A model generated the notes under the pieces. It was not told the origin of the DNA and ran no database searches. It saw nothing but the letters and a program-made list of their open reading frames with translations. From contig OX597827.1 in assembly GCA_951406725.2 (NCBI GenBank), positions 20,212,001 through 20,276,000 of the forward strand: a stretch of 64,000 nt of DNA. The letters run 5' to 3'. Shown one piece after another: positions 25,590 to 38,482 of this stretch. How positions within the stretch are numbered: the first letter of the stretch is position 1; each line of letters begins with the position of its first letter. A program made the translations under genes and the position numbers. This DNA comes from Octopus vulgaris. Taxonomy: Eukaryota.

Positions 25590-28260
25590 TAAGTCTTGGA
25601 ATCTTGCATGAGTAACAGGCTTTGCTACCTGCAGCCTGTGTGTGGGATACCAATGCTAGTTGTTCTCTTCAACTATCTAATATTTTCCTGATGATTCTGA
25701 TTGTGCCAAAGAGGCAAACTTTTTCTAACAACTCTTCCGAATACTCTGTTCCCTATTATTATAATGACGATAATCTTTTGTGTGTGTATGGAATGATAAT
25801 ATCTGATATACTCTGCTTGTTGCTGGAGGTGTCATTAATGAAGCAGTGTCCACTTCCTGTGAACTAAGCTGGTACTTTTCAAATCACAAGCACTTTGCAG
25901 ACACTCTTTGCATTGCCAAGTAATGCTCTTTCCTGAATGTGCTCTATCTTCATGTTTATGCCTATCTTTTCCTACTACTTTTTCAATTTCCTTTGCTTAC
26001 TGTACCCAAGGACTTCAACAATTATTGGCACAATATACACGTTTTTCATTGACTACAAATTTTGGATTTCTCTATTCAGAACTTCATATCATACAAGTTT
26101 TTCTCTCCTTTTCTTTCTTCTTTTTTTTTTTTTGTTATTTTACTGTCCCCAGAGCACATGATGTCTATGATTGAGCATAATTTTTCTCCCTTGTCTACCA
26201 GCACAATATTAGGTTTTGAATGTTCTATTCTGTGATCACATTGGATCATGAAATCCCAAAGTATCTTTGCTCTGGTTGTTTTCTGCTGCACTCTCTTGCT
26301 CATGTTTATACCATTTTCTTGCCTTTTCTATTCCAAATTTGTTCCACAGTTCCTAGTGAACCATTCTGGCAACATTGTCATGCCTTCTCTTGTATTCTTT
26401 CTGAGTCACTCTGCTGCATTTGCTTAAAATATGTCACACTCTCCAGTTTCACCACACAATCTGCATTTATTAGGTTCTAAGGAATGGTCTTTTCTGTGTA
26501 GTTGATGTAGTTTATTCTCAATACTTATTCCAGTACTGTGCATATCAAGACCTCTGTTTCAGGTTAATTTTTGTCCACACAATCTTTTACCTGGATCTGT
26601 GTTGCTTGGTATCTCTTAAGAACTGACTGTGCATCTTCTAGTCATTCCACTTATTTCCTCTCTTTGTAATTCCTCTTGCCTTGTGTTATAAACTTGTCTT
26701 CCTTACTTGCACAAGTAGTGCTTCCATTGCATTTCTTATAAACCAAGCAATATTGTTTTCCTTTGTCTCAATACAATCCTCACAACTTATCAATCCCCAC
26801 CTTTCTTTCTTTCTTGTTAAGTGCACCCTGTCAGCCTTACTTTGTGAGTGAAATACACCATGCATTGTCAGCCGTTTCCAAAGATTGCAGTTCCTCTGCT
26901 TGCCATCATATCATTCCTGCTCCATGTCTCAAGACGGTGATTGCCCATGTATTTTGGGCTTGCAGCTTAATCTTCCCACCCAGTTTAGTCTTCAGAATCA
27001 ATCTCAGCCTTCTGTAATACTCCTCAGAGAATACCTTCTTTTGACTTTCCATTAAATCAAACCAAATCAAAATAGATGAACATCAATGGAATTTGTATCT
27101 TTGTGGTACCAGTGCCGGTGGCACACAAGAAAACCATCCGAACGTGGCCGTAGCCAGTACCGCATCGACTGGCCTCCGTGCTGTGGGCACGTAACAAACA
27201 CCATCCGATCGTGGCCGTTCGCCAGCCTCATCTGGCACCTGTGTCGGTGGCACATAAAAAACACCATCCGAGCGTGGCCGTCTGCCAGCCTCGTCTGGCA
27301 CCTGTGTCGGTGGCACATAAAATCACCCACTACACTCTCGGAGTGGTTGGCATTAGGAAGGGCATCCAGCTGTAGAAACACTGCCAGATCTGACTGGCCT
27401 GGTGCAGCCTTCGGGCTCCCCAGACCCCAGTTGAACCGTCCAACCCATGCTAGCATGGAAAGCGGACGTTAAATGATGATGATGATTAGTTCATCTATAC
27501 TTCCAATATACCCAGATACTTGTACCCCCAATTGCAAATTACATTCTAATGTCCACTCTATAGAAATTCACTATTTAAATCGGTGAATTCTGCTGGATTT
27601 CATCATTCCCATAAGCTTTAAGTTGCCCATAAAAAGTAGATGGTTGATCTTATCTTTTCTTTGAACTCAGATCCGGCTTTTCAGCAGGATCATACACAAA
27701 ACAAAAAGCAATCTCCTTAGAAGATTCCACATTTGATTTTGACAAAGCTTAAGATCTGCCTTCCTTGGTAGTCCATCCATTCATACTTCTCAATAAGTTT
27801 ACAGTATTGGTGGGCAATTCCAAATATTTTCAAACCATCCATAATCTATAAATGAGGAACTATACCACATAGTTTCTGGTAGTTTATGCCATCCCTAAGT
27901 AGGTTTTGCACTTTTTTGCAGCCCTTCAGCACTTTCTTATCTATCATGAGTTGATTTTTTTTGGTCCCCTTCGTTCAGCCTTGCACGCTTCTTCCGCTTG
28001 TGCTATGTTATTCTGCTGCATAAACTCTGACATTGCATACTTTTGTTTCAACATGTTATACTTGCAATGATTCTGAAGTTCTCTATTTGTCTTTTCTGTC
28101 TACTATTGACAGATCACTCCTTATCCTTTTTTATGTCACCAACGATCCTCCTCTTCTACCATGGTTCATTGTCGATCCTTCTGTTCTATTTGCATTGACA
28201 TCTTTCTTCAAATTCCATATTTTCTGTTGAAACTATATTTGCTGCCTTCCTAAGTCTGTT
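25590..28260 (-). mobile_element. Decayed R4/Dong-type LINE (RT + restriction-like endonuclease), interrupted at 27061-27486
   Basis: Minus-strand motifs: KILWDFMIQCDHRIEHSKPNIVLVDKGEKLCSIIDI (RLE region, 26076-26303), INHLLFMGNLK (RT core, about 27620-27650), GYKYLGI (about 27510-27530), PW*KRRIVGDIK (about 28130-28160). Many stops and frameshifts. Confidence 0.85.
27061..27486 (+). mobile_element. Young RTE 3'UTR copy with ~60 bp tandem units nested in the R4-type LINE
   Basis: Repeated ggtggcac..aaaacaccatccga.cgtggccgt..gccag units, then the standard tail ending gatgatgatgat. Confidence 0.85.
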
Positions 28261-28302
28261 AGTTTCAGTGATATTGTTTGTGTGTGTATTACAGTAATAA
28301 TA

Positions 28303-28755
28303 ATCCTTTCTACTAAAGGCACAAGGCCTGAAATTTTCGGGGAGGGGTTAGTCGATTACTTCACCCCCAGTATTTCACTGGTACTTATTTTATCAACTCA
28401 AAGTATGAAAGGCAAAGTTGACCTTGGCAGAATTTGAACTCAGAACATAGTGACAGGTGAAATGCCACTAAGCATTTCATCCAGTGAGCTAACAATTCTG
28501 CCAGCTATCCACCTTGATAATAATAATAATGATGATGATGGTTTCAAATTTTACCATAAGGGCAACAATTTTTGCAGGGAGGGGAAAAGTCAATTTCATT
28601 GACCCCAGTGTTTCATTGGTACTTAATTTATCAACTCCGAAAGGATGAAAGGCAAAGTCAACCTTGGCAGAATTTGAACTCAGAATGTAGCGATGGGCGA
28701 AATACCACTAAACATTTTGTCCAGTGTGCTAACAATTCTGCCAGTTCACCACCTT
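28303..28755 (-). mobile_element. Two tandem SINE family C copies (28303-28515 and 28541-28755)
   Basis: Each contains gaaaggcaaagt..accttggcagaatttgaactcagaa..gctaacaattctgccag and is bordered by (TAA)n. Confidence 0.8.
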
Positions 28756-28799
28756 AATAATAATGATGATAAGTAGAAAAGGACATGATAAACCATTAT

Positions 28800-29580
28800 G
28801 CAACAAGGGACTACACCATCAATTCCATGTACTCACAACAGAAGTTGCTGGAAAACCTAAGTGGGATTGGCTGAACCCTAACTCTGAAAAAGAGACTGAG
28901 AACACTATACTGGCAGCACAAGAACGAGCTTTGGCCATGAATTGGAGGGTCAACCTTAGGAATGAGCAAGTGTCTCTGCTGTGCCACATCTGTAATAGAG
29001 TGGATGAAACCATTGCCCATGTCACAAACCACTACAAGTTGTGGTGACATGACAGGGTAGCAAAAGTGCCACATTGGAAACTGTAAGCAAAGTGGGGGCT
29101 AGAGAGAGGCAAGATGTGATATGAGCACAAACTGCCGAGAGGTCTGCAAAATCCTCTGGGATTTCCCAATCCAAACAAATCAGATGCTAGAGCAGAACAC
29201 ACCAGACCTTGTGGTGGTTGATAAGGTGCACCACATAGGCTATATAGCTGATGCTGCATGTCCCTTTGACCCACGAATAGTCAAGAAGGAAGGTTAAAAA
29301 ATAAATACAACCCTCTTAAGGATGAAATAGCTTAGCTATAGAAGATGGTGAAGGTACTGCCAATTATTTTTGGGTTCTTGGGGACAGTATCAGAAGGCAT
29401 CAAGAGGTATATAAAGGAAATTTGAATAGAGTGCCCAGCAGAACTGTTACAACAGATTTGCCTCCTTGGTATGACCAGAATAATCAGGAAAGTTGAAAAG
29501 AACTGATAGCATATCATAGGCTGCAGGCAGCAAGCCCACTATACATGCAAAACTCCAGGAGTTCTAAGAAAACCTGAGAT
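28800..29580 (+). mobile_element. Decayed R4/Dong-type LINE 3' part
   Basis: KETENTILAAQERALAMNW..LLCHICNRVDETIAHV (CCHC knuckle), then KILWDFPIQTNQMLEQNTPDLVVVDK and VLPIIFGFLGTVS. Confidence 0.85.
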
Positions 29581-30344
29581 AAAAATTGTTGTTGCTGCTG
29601 CTTAACAGAACTAGTGTTGTGCACTGTTTCATTACACTTTCTATGAAGCCACAACTTGTGGTCAAGGATGGGAAGTATTTTCTATCTTGTGTACCAAAGT
29701 ATTTTCTGCTCTCTATATCTTTTCTTACTTTTTATTGAGGACTTTCCAGATACTTCTTTCAGAACCTATCAAACATGTTTTCTGCACTGCACCTACTCAA
29801 AGGTTAAGATAGTTTTCCAAAGTGTGTTCTCAAATTTTTTTGTCACTGTTTCCAAGAACCCAATAATAATCAACAATAAAATGGTTTTATTAACTTCTCT
29901 GCCCCAGCACTCAATGTAAATTTGGATGAACTCTGGTTGTTCATTTGTGGGTATCAGGGAACCAATGAGGTGATAGAATTGCCCTTGAACTTTAACGTTG
30001 TTGTAAATTCATGTTTATCTTCTTAGATGCACCAAACGATGTCGTTTGCAGAGTTGTATTGTCTGATATTGTTCAGAAAATCCAATGCTCCTTTCAACTC
30101 TCTACTTACGTACAGCTTTAGCTGTAATATTTTGTCTTTTAATTGATCTTATTTAGAATGCCATCAGTGGATCTGGTCTTCATCTATGATATTCATGGAA
30201 GGAAGCTGGTGTATTTTGTAGATCCATTAGACTTTTATCAACATGGAATCACAAGTGGTTATATTACGGTTGATGCTAATTTCTTTGTTTTCTGTTGTGC
30301 TCTCCTATAAAAAAAAAAAAATTACATTTCTTTCAGATAACCTG

Positions 30345-30560
30345 ACAGAATTGTTAGCACAATGCTGTTAAGCATTTTGTCCAGCTCCACATTCTGAGTT
30401 CAAATATTGCAAAGGTTGACATTGCCTTTTGTCCTTTCAATGTTGATGAAATAAGTACCAGTTTAGAACTGGAAATGATGTAATCAACTACCCCCCTCAC
30501 ACACACACACACACTCCACTAAAAAAATTTTAGGCCTTGTGCCTAGAGGAGAAAGGATTA
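30345..30560 (+). mobile_element. Degenerate SINE family C
   Basis: gacagaattgttagc..ttctgagttcaaat..aataagtaccag..ggccttgtgcctag. Confidence 0.7.
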
Positions 30561-30654
30561 TTTATTAGTGAATTAATGAAAGAAAAAGAGGCGGGCTTGG
30601 AGAAAATAATCAGTAATGTTTCAGTGCCATCTATAAATACCAGTTTAGCTAAAT

Positions 30655-31034
30655 CATCATCATCATCATCGTTTAATGTCTGCTTTCCATGCTAGCATGG
30701 GTTGGACGATTTTGACTGAGGGCTGGAGAACCAGATGGTTGCACCAGTCTCCAATCTTGATTTGGCAGAGTTTCTACAGCTGGATGCCCTTCCTAACGCC
30801 AACCACTCCGAGAGTGTAGTGGGTGCTTTTTACGTGCCACCAGCATGGGGTCCAGTCAGGCGGTACTGGCAACGACCTCACTCGAATCCTTTTACACATG
30901 CCACCAGCACAGGTGCCAGTAAGGCGACGTTGCTAACGATCACGCTCGAATGGTGCCCTTTTACGTGCCACTGGCACAGAAGCCAGTTGGATGCTCTGGC
31001 AATGATTACACTCGGATGGTGCTCTTGGCACCGG
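30655..31034 (-). mobile_element. RTE LINE 3'UTR fragment with tandem units
   Basis: Very similar to the 17270-17705 copy. Confidence 0.85.
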
Positions 31035-32305
31035 GATTTATTGACTGTGACCAGGAGTGCAGTTATCATGTAATTGATATTACATAAATGCTTTCATAAG
31101 TGAATGATAAATCTAGGTTTCTGTGAGGTGACACGTTAATTTGTTGAGTGTTAGAAAACTTTTGGATGGAATAGGTGAAGGTATATCTTGGAATGCTTTT
31201 TTTTAATGAGAGTTGGGTAGCTTCCAAGTTACAGAAACTAACTGGAGATAGGAATTTAATGTCCAAGAATCAATATCTTGTAAATATCTGTGAAAACACT
31301 TGTGCAATCAACTTGTATTCAACCTACCTTGGTAAGTAAAAGTGACGTCACAAGAAACACCAACAATGATCATTATGTCATATTGGCAAATTTCACTCAA
31401 ATTCCTGCAATATTCCTAGTTTTATGATTTTTATACTGGATTTGCTGCATCTCATCAATTTCTAACTGGATTGGGAGATTTATAGACAGAAAGCACAGTA
31501 GTTAAACAAAATTCTTAATCCGTAGAAGACAGTATGAAAATGACTTGAGAAAACCTTCCAACCTATTTCATGGTAGGAAACACAGATGAGGGCCGCAAAA
31601 ATCAAATTCCTTCATTCACCAAATGCCACATATCAGAGGAGGTTTCAAGTAGTGAAAGTGTAGAAAAGCTAATGGCAGTGCTCCAGCATGGCCATAACTC
31701 TTGAGCTGGAACTAGTGAAAAAATTCTTTAAAAAATTTGGTATTCGTTTCTTTTCTTCTTTTTTTTTTTTGGTACAGTCATTGTTGAAATTCTTTTCCTA
31801 TTTTGTCATTACCAACATTGTTCCTTATTTAACTAATGGTTCTTGATTCTTATTTCAACTGTTATTTTGTTTTCTTAGAATTTTGTCTGAATCAATAACT
31901 TTCCTCCAAGATCTGAATTGGCCTTTTTTTTATTCTTTCTCTCACTTTCACAATAATCTTTCCTTTATTTCACTTGCATCTTCTGCTTTAATCACAGACA
32001 TTGCAATGTTCCATTTGCTTTCTATTTTGCATTCTGCGACAAACTGAAATGCAGTTCTTTTTTTTTTCTTTCTTTCTTCCATTTTTTTTTGTTATTGATT
32101 TGCAACTAAATTAGTGTCTCTTGACTATTTTGAAACTTGTTGAGGAAAAAAAATTTCTGTCTGGAGTATTTGGCAAAATTAGTAATGAGTTAGCTTCTTC
32201 ATTCACTTGGACCTTAGAATTCAACATTAAACTCTTTCAACCTGTTTAACTCTGTTTTAAATTTCTGACAGCAAATTTCTTTCTTGTTTGCACTAAAAAC
32301 ATATT

Positions 32306-32466
32306 CCATATTTTAACATGTATAAGGAACCCCCTAATTTGGGGGTTTAAAATTTAGAAAAAAAGTTTTGTAAGGGATTATAATACTATCCATGTATAAG
32401 AAACTTCCATATTTTTTAAACCTAATTTTTGACAAAAATGGGTTCTTTATATGCGTTAAAATACAG
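32306..32466. mobile_element. Tc1/mariner-pogo-type MITE (degenerate)
   Basis: Imperfect TIRs ccatattttaacatgtataa / ttatatgcgttaaaatacag, with TA after the right end. Confidence 0.55.
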
Positions 32467-34126
32467 TAATTCATCATCATTTTCTCTTTCTTGCTATTTA
32501 TTTTTCATTTATTTCTTCTAACTAATTAAGTCTTGGTGGTTGAAATTTAAATAAACTGAATACATTAAAATTTTTTATCTATGATTTGTTATCAAAATGC
32601 TATGTAGTCTTTCATCGTTATAGTTTATTACATTAATGTAGCTTCAAAATAATTCATAACTGTATGTAGAAACAAACCCACTTGTGCAATCGTGTACTTA
32701 GGCTGCTTCCAAAAACTTTTTTTTCCCTCTGCTGTTCTTTATCAAAACTATGATAGAATTTTATCTTGGTAATTTTTAGCTTTTAGTCCAAAGTCATGCT
32801 ATCCTAAATATGCTCACATCTTGATTAGTCTGTTTACATTGCTGTATAAAAGCTCAGTTATGTTGAGATGTTGGAGAGAATCCAAATGGAAATTATTTGA
32901 AGAAGAAAACCTCCTCCTCCTTTTACTACTGACCTAAGTTAGAGTTTATATACTGTTATTGAATTAATTTTACTCTGTGATTGTAACTAATAATATAGTT
33001 AACCCTCTGGCTCATGTCTGTCTACTGTGATAGTGATATAAAATAGAGTGAATGATAGCGTCACTCACCTGGGATGTTTGTGTGTGTGTGGTGTGAGGTG
33101 AAGGTTGTTAATGTTTGGAGAAAAGATAGAATGAGAAACAGACCTGAACACAATGGTACATCAACATTGTTAGAATTTGGGTTTGACAGTGAGTGAAAAG
33201 CAACATTTCATAACCAGTCTTTAACTTTTTGTTTCTGTTCAACCCTCTGCCGTCTGTTTCTAACCAAAACAGTGGAATTCAATGACTTCAAGAAAATTCT
33301 TCGGCTTGTAAACTTGTTTTCTAAATTTTCTAAACACTTCAAAAATTACTAATTGCTAATTTTTAGAAATGTTTCAAAACTACTCACTTTTAAGCATTAT
33401 TATAAACATATTTAGCTGTGAAAATGCCCGTTCCTATTTCCAGAATTCATCTCACTTTGTTGTTAGATATTATGTTCTTCAAACTGATGCCGAGGTAGCA
33501 TTTTGGAATCCTTCTGTAAACATTATAATCCCTTTTAATCTTTGCTTTTAATTTGAAATTCTTTTCATAAATTAAGAATCTAGCCTAAAATTGATTTCAT
33601 AAGAGCGTGCATATTGTTGTTGTTCAGAGGTAGTCTAGGTTTCCAACCATTAATGCACTTGCTAAGGGATACAACTCTACATTATTGGTTGAGGTGCCCT
33701 GGCTTTTTATACCAAAGTGGAATATGGGGTGAGGAAATTATTAACATCAAAATAAGTTAATTAGGATGAAGACTCGTATGTAAAAAAAAAAAAAATGTTA
33801 GTGATAGAGGATTATATATAATGAACTTTTTTTTACTGTAGTAAGAAATTTTGGATAAAGGATATTAACAAGTGAAAAACTGCTAATTTTCAGACTCATT
33901 CATCGTCTTTTTGTTTCTTGTTTTTCTATTCCAAACCCTGTCTCCTTCAGAGATATTCTCCCTCACAAGAGCTAAACTAATAACTTTTGTAATTGAAAGA
34001 GAATTATATAAAACACTTTCTAAATTACATGTAATTGTAATTAGTGGTGTACATTGTAATTAAATATGTCACTGTAATTATGTAACTAAATTAACCGAAC
34101 TGTGTGTGTGTGTGCTGTCAATATTT

Positions 34127-34331
34127 GGCAGAAACGTTAGCATGCCGGGCGAAATGCTTAGCTTTATTTTGTCTGTCTTTATGTTCCGAGTTCAAATTCC
34201 ACCAAGGTTGACTTTGCCTTTCATCCTTTCAGGGTCAATAAATTAAGTACCAGTTGTGTACTGTGGTCATTCTAATTGACTGGCCCCTCCCCCCAAAATT
34301 TCAGGCCTTGTGCCTAGAGTAGAGAAGAATA
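34127..34331 (+). mobile_element. SINE family C
   Basis: ggcagaaacgttagc (A-box-like), gagttcaaattcc (B box), core gcctttcatcctttcagggtcaataaattaagtaccag, tail ggccttgtgcctagagtagag. Confidence 0.85.
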
Positions 34332-37300
34332 TTTGTCTAGGATTCAAGCTGTAGACTGATAAAGTATAATTTAGTTTATTAGCATTTAGCAAAAGCATTC
34401 GTTTAAGTTTCCACAGACCACTCAATGATATTGTTTTAAATAATTAATTTGTACTTACATTTTGATTTGTTTTAACAAATTTTGTTTTATATCTTAATGA
34501 ATAATTACATTGTTTTATTTCACCTTCTACTAATCAAGTGGCTAATAAATAATGATAATATTATTGATGTTGCAACTGTTGTCACTAACCTGTCTGTTCT
34601 TGAACATCACCCATGAACACATTCATAAGCGTTCACTCTTAGCAGCAGATGACTAATATATTATTACAGTTGGTAGCGGAAGCATTTTTCATTGTGCACT
34701 CGGTTGCCATGGTTATCAATGAGCAGCAGCAGCAGCGGCGGCAGCAGCAAGCCTACTGCTACAGAAATTGATGTTACCATTGATTTGTCTGTCTGCAATG
34801 GCTGGCTGATTTCTTCAACAACCTGTCCTGCTGCACTCAAGCCTCTCTGTAGTTTCTGCTTACGCCATTTTTAAGGCTACTAAATGTTTGCAGGCATGAA
34901 TCATCAACGTCCAATGGTGGGGACGGGTGGATTTAAGGGGTAGGGGTGGGGGTGAGGGGGAGACAACAACATTTCCTTGGATGTTTTTGCTTTAATGCCG
35001 TTAGCTTTTCATCTTTCTCTCATTATGTAGAAAACCTTTTGGCTCGGCAGAGATATTTGCTTACACCATTATAAAATGTGCTAATCGGAAAAGAAAAAAA
35101 AAAAAAAAAGAAAGAACCTTGTCCTGCTTCTCCATAGTCTCCTTTTCATATGTGTGTGTGTGTGTATATGCACGCATATGTTTGTCTAGTCCCCACCACC
35201 ACCACCACCACCACCACTAAACACTGCAGTAGTTATTTGGAGGAGGAAGCAGAAGAGGAGGAAAACACTGGCTGCAGCAAGCAATCCAGTAGTATTTAAT
35301 TTATGCCTGTTTCATTGTTTTCTTTTTCTATTTATATTCATATTGGATACAGTGTGAATAATCCTGCTTCCCTTTCCAAGAAAAAAACGGATAACATTGA
35401 TACAAGTGTTTTAGTTTATTAACTCAAGTTGTCTGGTTGATGTCAATTAAACATTCTGATATTCATAACATTGTTTCTAGTCCTTTTTAAAAATAGCAGT
35501 TTTGTCTATGAGATTACATTTTATCTTCTTAGCCTTGCAATATTTTTCAGTAGCAGATTCTTGTATAATCTGCTCCTTATACTACATTCCTTTTCCTATT
35601 CTTCAGAGCTGTTATATCTGACAGATCAAGCACAAATTATTCCATAACAGCTCTCTCACTTAGTTTCATAATTCCTATTCGTTGCAATGGATTGAGGTTC
35701 TACAAGTTAGAATTACATTCTGCTACTCTTGTTCTTCTTTAAAAATCAAAACGAAATGAAAACAATATTTGACTTGCTACTCTCAACTTTTCTGATTTTG
35801 CTGTCTTTTAGCAAATAGATTGTATTTACTGGTTGTTGTCAAATTCCATGTAAGTACACAACTCCTGATGACAAATAGCAACTAAAATGAAAACATTCTA
35901 CGGATGAAAATTCCGTTTTAACGAATAACACCTGCAAGAAATTTTGGCAAATAATGAAATTATGGCTGAACAGATGAGGTGGTTGTAATCCCAAAGTGTT
36001 TTAGGTAATTTAGTTTGACAGTTTGGAAAATATAGTTTTTAGAAGTGTTGATATAAGCTGCTAGCATTAACCTTTGGTTGTAACTGTGAGAAGCTGAATC
36101 TCTCTCCACCCACCACTAGTGAAAGATATAGGAGAAGAGTATAGTCTTGCCTCTTTTTACTAATCCAAAAATAAAGCTGGAACTGCCATAGAACTCTTAA
36201 ACAACTGAGTTGATCAGTCTTGGAAGTTGGTTCCTGCTTGTTTTATCCTCTTCAGCTGCAGCAAGGCTCTCGAAGTAGCAAAGTAGAATAGAGAAACTGT
36301 TATTTGTAAAGGGATGTAGAAGTGTATATCTGAGGAAATGTTTACATAATATATAAGTTTAAAATGTAGAATTCAAAACCTGGTGTAGTGTGTATCAGTA
36401 CGTTTTTAAGACTTAAAATAAAGATTTAGTTTTTTTTTTTGTTTTTAATCGTCCGGGAATAGTTCTGTTTTTCTCACTAGTAACAGAAGTCCTACAGTCT
36501 CTGGATTAAACTGTATTAAAACTTAGTATCTACTTATTTTTATATATTATCCTCAGCGTTTGTATCTAGAGACAGTTATATTGGAGATGTCTCTGTTTTT
36601 CCTGTAACAACTCATTGCTCTTGGTAGGTTTCTGAACAATGCAGCTGTTAAAAAAAAAAAAGACAGCTCTGTATTTGGTCATTGAGACCTAACATATAGG
36701 TTAGTATTAAGAGTAGAACAAACACAAATGAAGGTCATAGATGTTGTCGAATGAATGAAAATTGCAGAAATTAATATCTTTAGATAAGGAAACAGTATGA
36801 TCTAAAGTTATGATAAAATTAGACAAGGTCAATTAAAAAATTTTGAGGAAGGTTAATTTAATCAACTTGTATGCACAAGCATACTCCCCAATAATTCAAT
36901 TGTAAAACATCAGTGATAGATAAAACTAAAGGGACTGTATCTAGGATGAGGGTTCCAACTATGGTACTTCTTTACATGTTGGTTACTTTTTGAAGAATGC
37001 ATCTCCATACTATTTGCATTTTCATGACTTGTATACACATGAGTCATGTATATAAAAGAATATATTGATTAGAAAATGATTTCTGAAACTAGTAATGGTT
37101 TTCTACACTAATTTCCATTAAATCATCATTGATCCACTCGTTATGCTAGAGAACTACTACTTTTAACCTTTTTTTCTATTATACCAGGTTACATTATTTT
37201 AGAATATTGGATTAAAGTATTCTCTCCTTTTCATCTTCTATTTATTACCCTTTTACTTTTTGCTTTACTTGTCATTCTTCATCCTATGTTTGTATTTGAA

Positions 37301-37699
37301 GCTAAAACATCTGTTGTGCTCAGGTTCCCTCCTGGCAGGATTTTGGACTTTCTTAAGGGAATTTTTAATATTCAAGTTCTGAATGAACCTAAGATTTATT
37401 CAGTTGACTGATCTTATTGTCATTGGTTAATGTTGACTGAGTGTGGAGACAGCTTGGTAATATTTACTCTTCTGTGATTAAGGTAAAACCCAGAATTCCA
37501 GGAACTCCTCATACTTTCATAATTAGATATTGATGATGAAAGTGATCTAGTAGCAATGACTTTCGGCTACACACATCATGAGTAACATCAGAATAGGAAA
37601 TTGGGAATTATTTAAGAGATTGGTTGGTTGCTGGTAAGGCGTGGTAGCTTGATGAGTTTAATGGCTAAAATTAGCTCTTGTTGTCAAGACAAGTTCAAA

Positions 37700-37916
37700 A
37701 GTTGGGTTCACTCCTACTGTGTGTGGCACCATGGGCAAGTACTATAGCCTTGTGAGTGGATTTAGTAGATGGAAATTCTGTGTATATATGTGTAAGAGAA
37801 CAATAGAATAAAAACCAAGCTTTAAAAAAGATAAGTACTGGAGCTGATTTGTTTAACTAAAGTTTTTCAAGTTGGTGCCCAAGCATGGCTGCAGTCTAAT
37901 GACTGAACCAAGTAAA

Positions 37917-37955
<39 letters not shown>

Positions 37956-37981
37956 TAGATAGATAGATAGATATAGATATA
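37700..37981 (+). mobile_element. Deleted SINE family A followed by (TA)n(TAGA)n
   Basis: ggcaccatgggcaagt..gccttgtgagtggattt..gactgaaccaagtaaaaga. Confidence 0.7.
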
Positions 37982-38332
37982 GAATGTATAGCATTAATGC
38001 TGAGCTTCTCTTTGAAATCCATTGTTTGATCGTGTTGCTGATTTTCTAGTTACAAAATGATGTAAAAATCATTTTGTTTTGAAATCTAACATTGTTTTTG
38101 AGTTTTAAAACAAGTTCCTCATTTCAAAGTGTTTCATGTATTTTGTACATGAAACCTTCTCAAGCAGTTTCATAGATTTAGATTTTAGAGTTAATTTTGA
38201 ATTATATAATGTTTGAGATAATCCTGAAAGCTCTATTAATCTTTATTGATTGATAATATAACATTTCCCTCAGGATTAATTTTTAAAAAATATTTCTTTT
38301 TTAATTTTTGTTACACTCACCTTATTTTAAAG

Positions 38333-38482
38333 CTGTGGTTTCCAACTGGAGTCCATGTAAGATTTTGTTGCTAAAATTCATCTACAATACACAAAATATT
38401 TTTTTTCTTAATAATATTTAATTATAAAAGTATAATAGGATTTTTTAAACATCGAATGGCTAAAAATGGTTGAGAACCTCTG
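38333..38482. mobile_element. hAT (Charlie-type) MITE
   Basis: Ends ctgtggtttccaac / gttgagaacctctg resemble the CAGTGGTTCTCAAC consensus. 8-bp flanks ttttaaag / ttttaaat match at 7 of 8. Confidence 0.65.

Noticed and set aside
27110-27325. Regularly spaced repeats suggestive of a CRISPR array
   Set aside because: Units are contiguous tandem copies without unique spacers, the context is a eukaryotic intron, and there are no cas genes.
35812-35849. Possible 38-nt exon (ttttag|...cat|gtaagt)
   Set aside because: It would frameshift adducin and has no support beyond splice-like motifs. It could only be a non-coding or poison exon.
35962-35978. ATG GCT GAA CAG ATG AG|GTGGTT as an alternative first coding exon
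   Set aside because: Weak donor and phase 2, incompatible with the phase-1 acceptor at 49574.
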